Below are positions 16,823-25,123 of a stretch of DNA of 33,735 nt, in pieces. Under the pieces are notes generated by a model. That model did no database searches, had not been told where the DNA came from, and worked only from the letters and a program-made list of their open reading frames with translations. Positions within the stretch are counted from its first letter, which is position 1, and each line of letters starts with the position of its first letter. The DNA is taken from the NCBI GenBank assembly GCA_947594705.1, contig CANQEG010000002.1, positions 1-33,735 of the forward strand, in the 5' to 3' direction. The position numbers and the translations under genes are program-made. Origin of the DNA: an uncultured Bacilli bacterium (GTDB lineage Bacteria > Bacillota_I > Bacilli_A > RF39 > UBA660).

Positions 16823-17229
16823 AAGATACATTTGATGTTAGGTGTTGTTACTCTCAGTTCATAGATTTTTTTGAATTTAATTGAATAGAGAGGGGATGGT
16901 CCTAGATGGAGAATTATGGAATATTTGATTATTCTAATAATACTAATTTTAGTACTACACAAATTCTACAGCAAAGACTAAGCATTTTTAATTTTTACAA
17001 AACAAAAAGACAGCACCTTATACAACTTGGTTGGTGCTGCTCAATCTAATAATGGACTGAGATAACACCTAACATGTGAAAATCAGATGTATCTCGTAAA
17101 ATCAAACTATGTATTAGTCCTAGTACATAGTATGAAAGATTTCTCTTTCTTGTATACATTGTAACAAAGAAATAGAGATTTTTCAAGTTTAAAATCACAA
17201 TGTACTTCTTTTTACTAAGGAAGTTTTTT
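16823..17229 (+). ncRNA. Unit B: second copy of the structured transcript
   Basis: Same helices as unit A: arms at 16824-16858 and 17054-17094, and terminator at 17204-17229. The terminator abuts the stop codon of the convergent 17231-18979 gene. Confidence 0.5.
16906..17049 (+). CDS. Candidate small ORF (47 aa) inside RNA unit B
   Basis: The first 41 codons are shared with unit A, with 4 non-synonymous and 1 synonymous change. A 1-nt deletion then gives a different C-terminus (..IQLGWCCSI). Confidence 0.2.
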   Translation: MENYGIFDYSNNTNFSTTQILQQRLSIFNFYKTKRQHLIQLGWCCSI

Positions 17230-17230
17230 A

Positions 17231-18979
17231 TTATGGTGTTAGAACAATACGAAAACCAACACCTTTATACCCTCCTCCATGACCATAATAAAAATTACCA
17301 AGACCTGAAAGTGTACCACGATTAAATCCAGCATCACCACCTCTAGTAAACCATGGAAAACCTTTATGCACAAATAAAGCTTTATCTAAAAAAAAACTAC
17401 TTGTTTCACCAGAGAAAGGTCCTAATTCCTTGGTCGCATCTCCTAAATGTCCTCTTTGATATGTTGATCGACTTGTATTATAATCATATAAATCATAATA
17501 TTTAGTAGAAGGCAACTGCATTCCATCTTTTTTTTCACCTACTATATTTGTATATAGTCCGTTAAAACCAGAATTATTAGTTTCATCGGATCCACTTGCT
17601 GGATTAGAATTATTGTTACTCCCTTGCATTACGCCCATTACATATTCATTTGCTCCACCTGACATATCATAAATACCAGAATAATTATTAGTTGTACTAG
17701 CAACAACACTGGAAGAATTATTATAATTCCAGCCATATTTTCCTTCTTCATTTATATCTATATTTTCTTCATATTTATTACATTCTTCATTTGTTTCAGT
17801 ATAACCACAAGTTGGATCAAAGTTAGCAGAATACCCAGTAATATAATTTCCATTATTATTTATTCTAAGCTCAGTACAAGAAGTTTCATTACATCTTCCG
17901 TAAATTGAGTAAGTCAAATAAAAAACTGCACCCCATTCTGAATTTTTCATCATATGGCTTTCTAATTCTCTTAAATAATTATAAGAAGCATAGAAGGCAT
18001 TTCCAACGGAAATATTTCCCCAACTATACATATTTGGTTTTATGACAATTTTGTCTGATTCTTGTGAGTTTTGTTGGGCGCTATTTGTATCAATAGCATC
18101 AGCATAACCAGTTTCAAATTTACCTACCCACATTCCATTACTAGTAAACGATAAAAATGCTGGATGTGTAAGCCATGAATTTTGTGTGCTTCCAGATGAT
18201 ATTCCTTCATTTTTACTTTCAAATTTAATAAAATACGGAGTAATTACATCAGAGTTTCCTTTATTAACATACAAATTATATGCTTCTTCATCATCTTTTA
18301 ATTGATATCTATATCTGGGAATCCATACCAAGTAGGATTCTATATCACCTTCTTTTATTTCATCTCCTGGTTGATAATTATCTACTTTACCATCTTTAAG
18401 TATCACGGCATTGGCCCATTTCTTATTTGTATAACTATACCAAGGGTCGTCTGTATCAGTAATATCTGCTTTTATTACCTTTCCTCCATAGTTATTTTCA
18501 GCATTTGTATATTCTGTAACATCACTTGGCTTTTCTGTATCACTTATTTTTACGGGAATAAGTCTTCCATTTCCTAAATCTGGTATTGCTCCATTTAATA
18601 TTTCTTCTTTGTATATTTGTTTAAACTTTAAATAGCATTTTGTTTTGGTGGTACTTATATTCTTTAACTCAACACTCCATCTTTCATCATTCCATGAAAT
18701 TAAATCACCATTATCACAATAACTTGTACTGGTATCTAAGGAATACCCACTTTCTTTACTTGGTACATCTTTTTGTAAAACATCATCTATATATACCATG
18801 AATCTAATGTCGCCTTCATCTTGTATATTTCCTTCAATCATATTTTGGTTTTCGTTTACCTGAAATATAGCAAAAGTTCTATATAAAATTACGCCAGTGA
18901 TTAATAATATACAACTTATTGTAAATAAAATGATTCCTACTTTTTTAGGATTTTTTTCTTTAAATCTTTTTAATTCCAT
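17231..18979 (-). CDS. Membrane-anchored extracellular protein with an FGE-sulfatase (SUMF1/C-type-lectin-like) domain, paralog 1
   Basis: N-terminal TM. Blocks [42 protein letters not shown] (compare the GxYDMxGNVWEW motif of FGE-like domains), RGGDAG, and a C-terminal GFRIVLTP. Confidence 0.65.
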   Translation of the reverse strand: MELKRFKEKNPKKVGIILFTISCILLITGVILYRTFAIFQVNENQNMIEGNIQDEGDIRFMVYIDDVLQKDVPSKESGYSLDTSTSYCDNGDLISWNDERWSVELKNISTTKTKCYLKFKQIYKEEILNGAIPDLGNGRLIPVKISDTEKPSDVTEYTNAENNYGGKVIKADITDTDDPWYSYTNKKWANAVILKDGKVDNYQPGDEIKEGDIESYLVWIPRYRYQLKDDEEAYNLYVNKGNSDVITPYFIKFESKNEGISSGSTQNSWLTHPAFLSFTSNGMWVGKFETGYADAIDTNSAQQNSQESDKIVIKPNMYSWGNISVGNAFYASYNYLRELESHMMKNSEWGAVFYLTYSIYGRCNETSCTELRINNNGNYITGYSANFDPTCGYTETNEECNKYEENIDINEEGKYGWNYNNSSSVVASTTNNYSGIYDMSGGANEYVMGVMQGSNNNSNPASGSDETNNSGFNGLYTNIVGEKKDGMQLPSTKYYDLYDYNTSRSTYQRGHLGDATKELGPFSGETSSFFLDKALFVHKGFPWFTRGGDAGFNRGTLSGLGNFYYGHGGGYKGVGFRIVLTP

Positions 18980-19009
18980 ATGAAAAAATCACCCTAGTTT
19001 CCTAGAATG

Positions 19010-19660
19010 AGTTTATCACATATACCCCCCCCCCGAGTCAAGTACCACATAATAAATTATGTGGCTTGCTCTCAGGTGCTGAAAGCACATTCCGTGAGTA
19101 AACTCACCCCACTATTCGGAATGTCTCTTCGTATTCATCTTCTTGACTTTCTATATATTTCTTTATCATTTCCTTGTTTATGTCCCCGACACTTCGGCAA
19201 AAATACCCTATTGCCCACATATGTTGTCCCCAATATCTTTTTCTTAACTCCTTATATTCACTCATCATTATTCGTGATGTTTTTCCTTTCAAATGTTGCA
19301 CTATTTTTGATACACTTATGTTCGGCGGGCATGACAACATGAGATGTATATGGTCTTTTCCTATACTTCCTTTTATTATATTTATGTCCATTGCTTGACA
19401 ACTTTGTCTTATTAATTCTCGACATCTTTCTGCTATTTTTCCACTTAATATTCTATATCGATATTTGGTTGTCCATACTATATGATACTCTATATCATAT
19501 CTTACATGTTCTGATTTTCTCATTTCCCCCGCCTCACTTGGCTTTATATTCTACCACTATTTTTGCCTTTGCGGCAATAAATTACCTCTAAATCCTAAAG
19601 GATCTACGTGCTAAAGCACGTGGCCTGAACCTAATTGCCGTAAACGGGGGTGGTCAACGA
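19010..19660 (-). mobile_element. IS200/IS605-family insertion sequence (IS200-like, tnpA only); ends approximate
   Basis: A Y1 transposase ORF is flanked by hairpin-rich ends. On one side: CCACATAAT-aa-ATTATGTGG, GTGCT-gaa-AGCAC and GTGAG-taaa-CTCAC at ~19035-19100. On the other: ACGTGCT-aa-AGCACGT at ~19596-19611. No terminal inverted repeats, as expected for IS200. Confidence 0.7.
19104..19523 (-). CDS. tnpA: IS200/IS605-family transposase TnpA (HUH Y1)
   Basis: YHIVWTTKYRYRIL, HUH motif DHIHLML, Tyr-containing C-terminal helix (KKYIESQ). The 139-aa size is typical. Confidence 0.9.
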   Translation of the reverse strand: MRKSEHVRYDIEYHIVWTTKYRYRILSGKIAERCRELIRQSCQAMDINIIKGSIGKDHIHLMLSCPPNISVSKIVQHLKGKTSRIMMSEYKELRKRYWGQHMWAIGYFCRSVGDINKEMIKKYIESQEDEYEETFRIVG

Positions 19661-19664
19661 ATTT

Positions 19665-21287
19665 TTAATTTTTTCTTTCTAATACTTCCATAATTTTAGG
19701 TAAAATTTGTTTTTTTCGAGAAACTAATTTGGGAAGAAAGGTTCCTTCTTCTATTTCAGTTAAATCAAAACTATCTTCTAATATACTTTTAGAGGCATCA
19801 TTATATAAAACATAAGAACCATTTTTTACGACATCAGTGATGAATAATGTTACGGTATCATAAGTTCCTCTTGCTATATTATTTAACTTATCTACAAATT
19901 CATCTATATGATCTTTCATCCTTTCAAAATCCATAGTAACAATTTGACTAATTCCAAGACTTGATGCTCCCACTTTATAAGATTTAAAATCTTGATAAAT
20001 AATATCTTCTACTTCCATTCCTTCTACAGAACTTCCAGCTTTTAACATTTTGTAACCAAATTCTTCTACATTTTCATTACATATTTTTGCTAAGTTTTCA
20101 ACTGCTTGTTTATCTAAATCAGTTGTTGTTGGACTTTTTAAAATCAAAGTATCAGAAAGGATGGCACTCATCATAAGTCCAGCCATATCTTTCGGAATAG
20201 GAATATGATTTTCTTCATATAAATGATAAATAATGGTACATGTACATCCAACTGGCATACTTCGAAAATTTATTGGAATATTTGTTCCAATTGCTCCTAA
20301 ATTATGATGGTCAATGATTTCAACGATGCTTGCTTCATCAATTCCTGGAACACTTTGTTCTAAGTTATTATGGTCTACTAAAATTACATGTTTTTTATCA
20401 TAATTTGCAGCATCAGTTACCCGAATTAATCCAAGACATTCATTTTTCTTATTTAATACTGGGTAATTTGTAAATCCTTTTTTAGAGCTTTCTTGAATAA
20501 AATCTGTTAAATAATCTAGTTCATGCACTACGGATGGACTTAAGTTTAAAAGAATAGTTTTTACATAATTACTTAAAGTAATTTGATTACAAGTATTATA
20601 AGTATCAAAATTACTACTAATGACACTTACATGATTTTGTTTCGCAAGAGAAAGTAAAGTTTCATCTAAAGTAAAGTTATTTGTCAAAACTATAAGGGCA
20701 ATTTTTTCTTCTAAGGCATGCTCTATTACTTTATAACGGTTACCAACAATTAAAATATCACTTGATTGTAATTTCGTTGTTTCAATAAACGTTTGACTTT
20801 GATAACTTCCTGCAATTACGGTGCCATCAAATTCATCATGAAACTTTAAAATTTCTTTTCCATTTAAAGCATTTACAATATTATCATAACTAGTATATAA
20901 ATGTTCTTTTGAAGTTTCAACGAATAGCATCGCGATTTCTTTTAAAGTAATTAAACTTTTTATATGTTTTCTTTCATCCACGATAGGTATAGCAGTTGCA
21001 TGATGTTCTTGCATATAGTGTGTAACTTCTTTTAAAGAAGCATATTCATCTAACATAACTCCTTTATTATAATGAACATTGCGAAGTTGTACTTTTACGT
21101 TATTTAAATATTCTGGTTCTTTGATTCCAAAATAATTCAAAACAAATTTTGTTTCTTTATTGATATGCCCTAAAACTCTAGGAAACGTATTCTCGCCTCG
21201 TTTATTTTTTAAATAAGATAACGTAATCGCTGCACATACACTATCGGTATCGGGATTACGATGGCCAAATACATAAGTAGATCTCAT
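19665..21287 (-). CDS. ppaC: Family II (Mn-dependent, DHH/DHHA2) inorganic pyrophosphatase with a CBS-domain insert
   Basis: N-terminal VFGHRNPDTDSVCAAI, a DHHN motif and a C-terminal DHHA2 region. A ~250-aa CBS/DRTGG-like insert gives a 540-aa protein. Confidence 0.8.
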   Translation of the reverse strand: MRSTYVFGHRNPDTDSVCAAITLSYLKNKRGENTFPRVLGHINKETKFVLNYFGIKEPEYLNNVKVQLRNVHYNKGVMLDEYASLKEVTHYMQEHHATAIPIVDERKHIKSLITLKEIAMLFVETSKEHLYTSYDNIVNALNGKEILKFHDEFDGTVIAGSYQSQTFIETTKLQSSDILIVGNRYKVIEHALEEKIALIVLTNNFTLDETLLSLAKQNHVSVISSNFDTYNTCNQITLSNYVKTILLNLSPSVVHELDYLTDFIQESSKKGFTNYPVLNKKNECLGLIRVTDAANYDKKHVILVDHNNLEQSVPGIDEASIVEIIDHHNLGAIGTNIPINFRSMPVGCTCTIIYHLYEENHIPIPKDMAGLMMSAILSDTLILKSPTTTDLDKQAVENLAKICNENVEEFGYKMLKAGSSVEGMEVEDIIYQDFKSYKVGASSLGISQIVTMDFERMKDHIDEFVDKLNNIARGTYDTVTLFITDVVKNGSYVLYNDASKSILEDSFDLTEIEEGTFLPKLVSRKKQILPKIMEVLERKN

Positions 21288-21349
21288 TTACATCATTCCT
21301 TTACTTATTAAATATATCATAAAAGTTGTTTTTGAAAAAGATAAATGTT

Positions 21350-23296
21350 TTATTCACTTTGCATTTCAAATAAAATATCTCTGATTTCCATAGCGCGTTC
21401 AAAATCTAAGTTTTTCGCAGCTTCTTTCATTTCTCGTTCCAAAGTTACAATAACTTCTTCTTTTTCCTTTTTCGATAATTTTTTATTTGGCGTAGCCGTT
21501 TTTACTTCATTGGTAACAACATCTTTAATTTCTTTCACAATTGTTTTTGGAGTAATATGATGTTCTTCATTGTATTTTTCTTGTATTTTTCTTCTTCTTT
21601 CTGTTTCCGTAATTGCTTCTTTCATAGAATCAGAATAGGTATCCGCATACATAATGACATGCCCTGAAGCATTTCTAGCACACCTTCCAATTGTTTGGAC
21701 TAAACTTCTTGTACTTCTTAAAAATCCTTGTTTATCCGCATCTAAAATACAAATCAAACTTACTTCGGGAATATCAATTCCTTCTCGTAAAAGATTAATT
21801 CCGACTACAACATCATAAACTCCTGAACGTAAGTCATGAATAATTTTTAGTCTTTCTAATGTTTTTATTTCATTATGTAAATAGGCTACTTTGATATTCA
21901 TTTCTTTCAAATAATTTGTGAGTTCTTCACTCATTCGGATTGTAAGAGTAGTTATTAATACTCGTTCATTTTTCGCTTTTCTTTTTCTTATTTCTTCAAT
22001 AATATCATCAATCTGTCCTTCGGTAGGTTTTACTTCAATAGTAGGGTCTAATAATCCAGTTGGGCGAATAATTTGTTCCACAAAAAGATGATTCGTTTTT
22101 TCAAGTTCATAGTCTCCTGGTGTAGCGGATACATAAATAGCCTCTTTTATTTTATTTTCAAATTCTTCAAATTTTAAAGGTCGGTTATCTAAAGCACTTG
22201 GAAGACGAAATCCATAATCTACAAGGGTTTGTTTGCGCATTCTATCGCCATTATACATACCTCTTACTTGAGGAAGGGTGACGTGAGATTCATCGACAAC
22301 AAGTAAAAAGTCTTCGGGAAAAAAATCAATTAAACAGGTTGGTGTTTCCCCAGGACCTCGAAGAGCAAGATGTCTTGAGTAATTTTCTACACCACTACAA
22401 AAACCAGTTTCTTTTAACATTTCCATATCGTAATTGGTTCGTTCTCTAAGTCTTTGTTCTTCAATTAATTTTCCTTGTTGTTTTAATTCTTCTAATCTTT
22501 CTTTTAATTCTTCTTCAATTCTTTTTATGGCTTCTTGCATTTTTTCATCACTGGTAACAAAGTGTGATGCTGGTGATATAGTAGTACTTTTTATACTTTT
22601 TTGAATAGTGCCAGTTACAGGATCAAAACGTTTGATAGTTTCAATTTCATCACCAAAAAGTTCAATTCTTACCCCTAGGGCATGTTCATTTACAGGAACA
22701 ATGTCAATTATATCTCCTCTTACTCTAAATGTTCCACGATGAAAGTCAATATCATTTCTTTCATAAGCCATATCAATTAACTTGGTAATAATATCATTTC
22801 TTCGAATTGTATCTCCAACTGTTAAAATGAGCATTTTTTCTTTATATTCTTCTTTTTCTCCAATTCCATAAATACAAGAAACTGATGCAACAACAATTGT
22901 ATCTTGATAATTTATTAAAGCACTTGTTGCGGCATGACGAAGTTCATCAATTTCATCATTAATAGAAGAATCTTTTTCAATATAGGTATCACTTGATGGT
23001 ACATAGGCTTCTGGTTGATAATAGTCATAATAAGATACAAAATACTCTACATGATTCTCTGGGAAGACCTCCTTCATTTCCGCATAAAGTTGTCCGGCAA
23101 GTGTTTTATTGTGTGCCAAAACAAGAGTTGGTTTGTTCACATTTTTTATGACATTGGCAATCGTAAATGTTTTTCCAGTTCCCGTCGCACCTAGTAAAAC
23201 CTGATGTTTTTTGCCTTCTTTGATTCCTTTGGTAAGTTCTTCAATTGCCTTTGGTTGGTCACCTGCTGGTTTATAATTTGATACTAAATTAAACAT
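21350..23296 (-). CDS. uvrB: Excinuclease ABC subunit B
   Basis: [28 protein letters not shown], helicase motifs, and a C-terminal UVR domain ([11 protein letters not shown]). ATG 23296 follows AAGGAGGG. The 16-codon extension in the ORF track runs over the SD. Confidence 0.95.
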   Translation of the reverse strand: MFNLVSNYKPAGDQPKAIEELTKGIKEGKKHQVLLGATGTGKTFTIANVIKNVNKPTLVLAHNKTLAGQLYAEMKEVFPENHVEYFVSYYDYYQPEAYVPSSDTYIEKDSSINDEIDELRHAATSALINYQDTIVVASVSCIYGIGEKEEYKEKMLILTVGDTIRRNDIITKLIDMAYERNDIDFHRGTFRVRGDIIDIVPVNEHALGVRIELFGDEIETIKRFDPVTGTIQKSIKSTTISPASHFVTSDEKMQEAIKRIEEELKERLEELKQQGKLIEEQRLRERTNYDMEMLKETGFCSGVENYSRHLALRGPGETPTCLIDFFPEDFLLVVDESHVTLPQVRGMYNGDRMRKQTLVDYGFRLPSALDNRPLKFEEFENKIKEAIYVSATPGDYELEKTNHLFVEQIIRPTGLLDPTIEVKPTEGQIDDIIEEIRKRKAKNERVLITTLTIRMSEELTNYLKEMNIKVAYLHNEIKTLERLKIIHDLRSGVYDVVVGINLLREGIDIPEVSLICILDADKQGFLRSTRSLVQTIGRCARNASGHVIMYADTYSDSMKEAITETERRRKIQEKYNEEHHITPKTIVKEIKDVVTNEVKTATPNKKLSKKEKEEVIVTLEREMKEAAKNLDFERAMEIRDILFEMQSE

Positions 23297-23329
23297 AATT
23301 CCCTCCTTATTATGATTACAGTCAGCCAG

Positions 23330-23375
23330 AAAATTCGTGGCCATTTTTCAAAAATTCGTGTCCAAGACGAATTTT
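23330..23375. promoter_or_regulatory. Repeated AAAATTCGT(G) motif cluster upstream of uvrB (candidate operator)
   Basis: AAAATTCGTG occurs at 23330-23339 and 23351-23360, 21 bp apart. The second copy forms a perfect 9-bp inverted repeat with ACGAATTTT at 23367-23375. A further ACGAAT lies at 23408-23413. Confidence 0.3.
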
Positions 23376-23478
23376 TTGTTTTCAAAATCTGACTTTTTTG
23401 TAAAAAAACGAATGACGGCCACAAAAAAATAAATACTATAAATTTCAGTAATCTATTTTAACACTAATTTATAGACAA

Positions 23479-23520
23479 AACAAGGAAATGACTGTATGTT
23501 TTCCTTGTTATTATTTTTCA
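23479..23520 (-). terminator. Hairpin terminator between the 188-aa gene and the uvrB promoter region
   Basis: AACAAGGAAA / TTTCCTTGTT 10-bp stem with an 11-nt loop. T-runs on both sides, stronger on the plus side. Confidence 0.45.
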
Positions 23521-23614
23521 TTTTTTTTGAAAATTTATGTTAATAATTTACTTGCCATAATATTCATTCAAAATGATAGTATTATTATCTACTAAATTTT
23601 CTTTTTTTATATAA

Positions 23615-24181
23615 TTATTCACTCAAAGCAACACATTCTTTAGTTTTTAAGTTACATTTATAACTAATTCCAATAATTTCATTATTTTCTTTACGAGTTT
23701 CCCCTCTTAAAATAATATAATTTGTTGTTACTTCTTCAATGGATAAAGCATGAAAGTTTGAAATGCGTTCATTTAAAAAACTATCTTTTTCATTTGTTTC
23801 TAAATTATAAATTTCTCCATTCATATAATATAACTTTCCATCATAAAATTTAAAATATCTTTTAGCTTCTTGCATATTAATAAACCTATAAGTATTTAAT
23901 AGTTCATATTTATTTTCATCAATTTCTTTTAACAAACCTGTTTCATAATAATCTTTTACTGGATGTCCTGCTTCATTATATTCTGTAATATCTCCTAATA
24001 AAAATCGACTTCCCTCAAAATAAAAATTAATGGTATCTTTTTCATCATAAGTTTTATAAATATACTCTTTTGTATCTTTATTATTTTTGGTAGCTATCAT
24101 CAACAAACCTATTGTTCCACATAATGTAATTACAAACATACCTATCATAAGAATTATTGTTTTTCTTTTCATATATTCCAT
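23615..24181 (-). CDS. Hypothetical membrane-anchored protein
   Basis: One N-terminal TM (IILMIGMFVITLCGTIGLLMIA). The start is probably ATG 24172, which has better SD spacing than 24181. No recognisable family. Confidence 0.5.
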   Translation of the reverse strand: MEYMKRKTIILMIGMFVITLCGTIGLLMIATKNNKDTKEYIYKTYDEKDTINFYFEGSRFLLGDITEYNEAGHPVKDYYETGLLKEIDENKYELLNTYRFINMQEAKRYFKFYDGKLYYMNGEIYNLETNEKDSFLNERISNFHALSIEEVTTNYIILRGETRKENNEIIGISYKCNLKTKECVALSE

Positions 24182-24355
24182 TTCTCCTTGTGTTAATTAT
24201 ATACTTATAATTATAAAAAAGCAATATTGCAACTTTATTCATTTTTTTAGATTATTTATTGTTTTGTCATAAATTTCTATGTAACCTTCCTACTAGTATT
24301 ATACTTTTCTTGTATAATGAAAAAATACCAAAGATTTATAAATTGGTATTTTTTA

Positions 24356-25114
24356 TTAACTCAAAAAATATGTTTTCTTTAATTTTCTACTATGAAGAGA
24401 TTCATAGATTTGATGGGCATTTTGAAGTAACATATTTAATACTTCCTCATTTTTTAATATATCATTTTTTTTCATTTTTATATATATCATTGCAGTTTCT
24501 AAGTAAATGTCTTCTTCTAAAGATGTTTCTTTTTTTTGGGAATACATAGTAGAAATTTGAAAGATGATATTTTCTATCATAAGTGTATCAGTTGTTTCTT
24601 TTGGAAAAACATATTCATAATACGTTTGAAATCCTAAGGCAACATAATATAAATATTCTACATCTTCAAAAAAAGTAAATAATTCCGATATTTTTTTAAT
24701 AATTTTTGATAATCTATTTCATCTTTTGATCCATATAATATTTGTCCTATCATTTTTTTAACTTCTTTCTTTTTTTATTGGTTTATTTTTTTTCATTTGT
24801 AAGATTGCATAACTATTTTGAAACATTAATTTTCCAACATTTTCATCTATTTGATAATATTTACAAATATACCAAGTTAAAACAAAAATATTTTCTTCTT
24901 TGCTATTGGTTCTTTCTTTTCGAATACTTTCTCTAGTTTCTGATAAAAAGGAGTCTATTTCAATTGGTGCAAGTTTTTTCACATTTTCTAAAAAGAACTT
25001 TTTGACAACATTCGTTAAATAATTTTTATTTTGATATGTTTCTGATTCTTTTAAACAAAATAATGTGAGCGAAAGAAAATATTCTTCTATTTTATTTTCC
25101 ATTTCAAAATTCAT
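24356..25114 (-). pseudogene. Possible decayed gene (in-frame stop plus a frameshift at a homopolymer)
   Basis: The 118-aa ORF (25114-24758) ends at TAA and continues in frame as KMIGQILYGSKDEIDYQKLLKK. After an A7 run, the +1 frame reads ISELFTFFEDVEYLYYVALGFQTYYEYVFPKETTDTLMIENII..., which joins the 74-aa ORF (24580-24356). Confidence 0.35.
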
Positions 25115-25123
25115 TTTTTACCT

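Larger units (their letters stand above)
16340..17229 (+). repeat. Tandem direct duplication (2 x ~448 bp) of a promoter-RNA-terminator unit
   Basis: Hand alignment of 16361-16786 with 16809-17229 gives an offset of 448 bp and roughly 28 differences (about 94% identity). Confidence 0.9.

Noticed and set aside
16750-16962. 70-aa minus-strand ORF spanning the junction of the two RNA units.
   Set aside because: It runs antisense across a promoter, a terminator and helix arms. It has no SD and has no equivalent in the other copy.
16340-17229. The tandem repeat as a CRISPR array, tmRNA, SRP RNA, RNase P RNA, 6S RNA, a retron or a type III toxI array.
   Set aside because: - CRISPR or toxI: only two 448-bp units, not short repeats with spacers.
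- tmRNA: no tRNA-like T-arm or CCA end.
- SRP RNA: no GGAA/GNRA-capped domain IV motif.
- RNase P: no GAGGAAAGUCC box.
- 6S RNA: the size and tandem duplication do not fit.
- Retron: no reverse transcriptase gene in the window.
19007-19591. Plus-strand ORFs 19007-19342, 19174-19398 and 19391-19591 inside the IS200 element.
   Set aside because: They are antisense to a clear HUH transposase gene. Their translations are hydrophobic and low-complexity, and IS200 elements encode only tnpA.
23355-23380. CGAATTTTTTGTTTTC upstream of uvrB as a LexA (Cheo) box.
   Set aside because: It only loosely resembles CGAAC-N4-GTTCG, with the C of each half-site missing and the wrong spacing. It is reported instead as part of an uncharacterised repeat cluster.
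24087-24936. Plus-strand ORFs 24087-24272, 24259-24549 and 24742-24936.
   Set aside because: Their Phe/Leu/Ile-rich translations are typical of the antisense strand of AT-rich coding sequence. They have no SD and overlap better-supported minus-strand reading frames.
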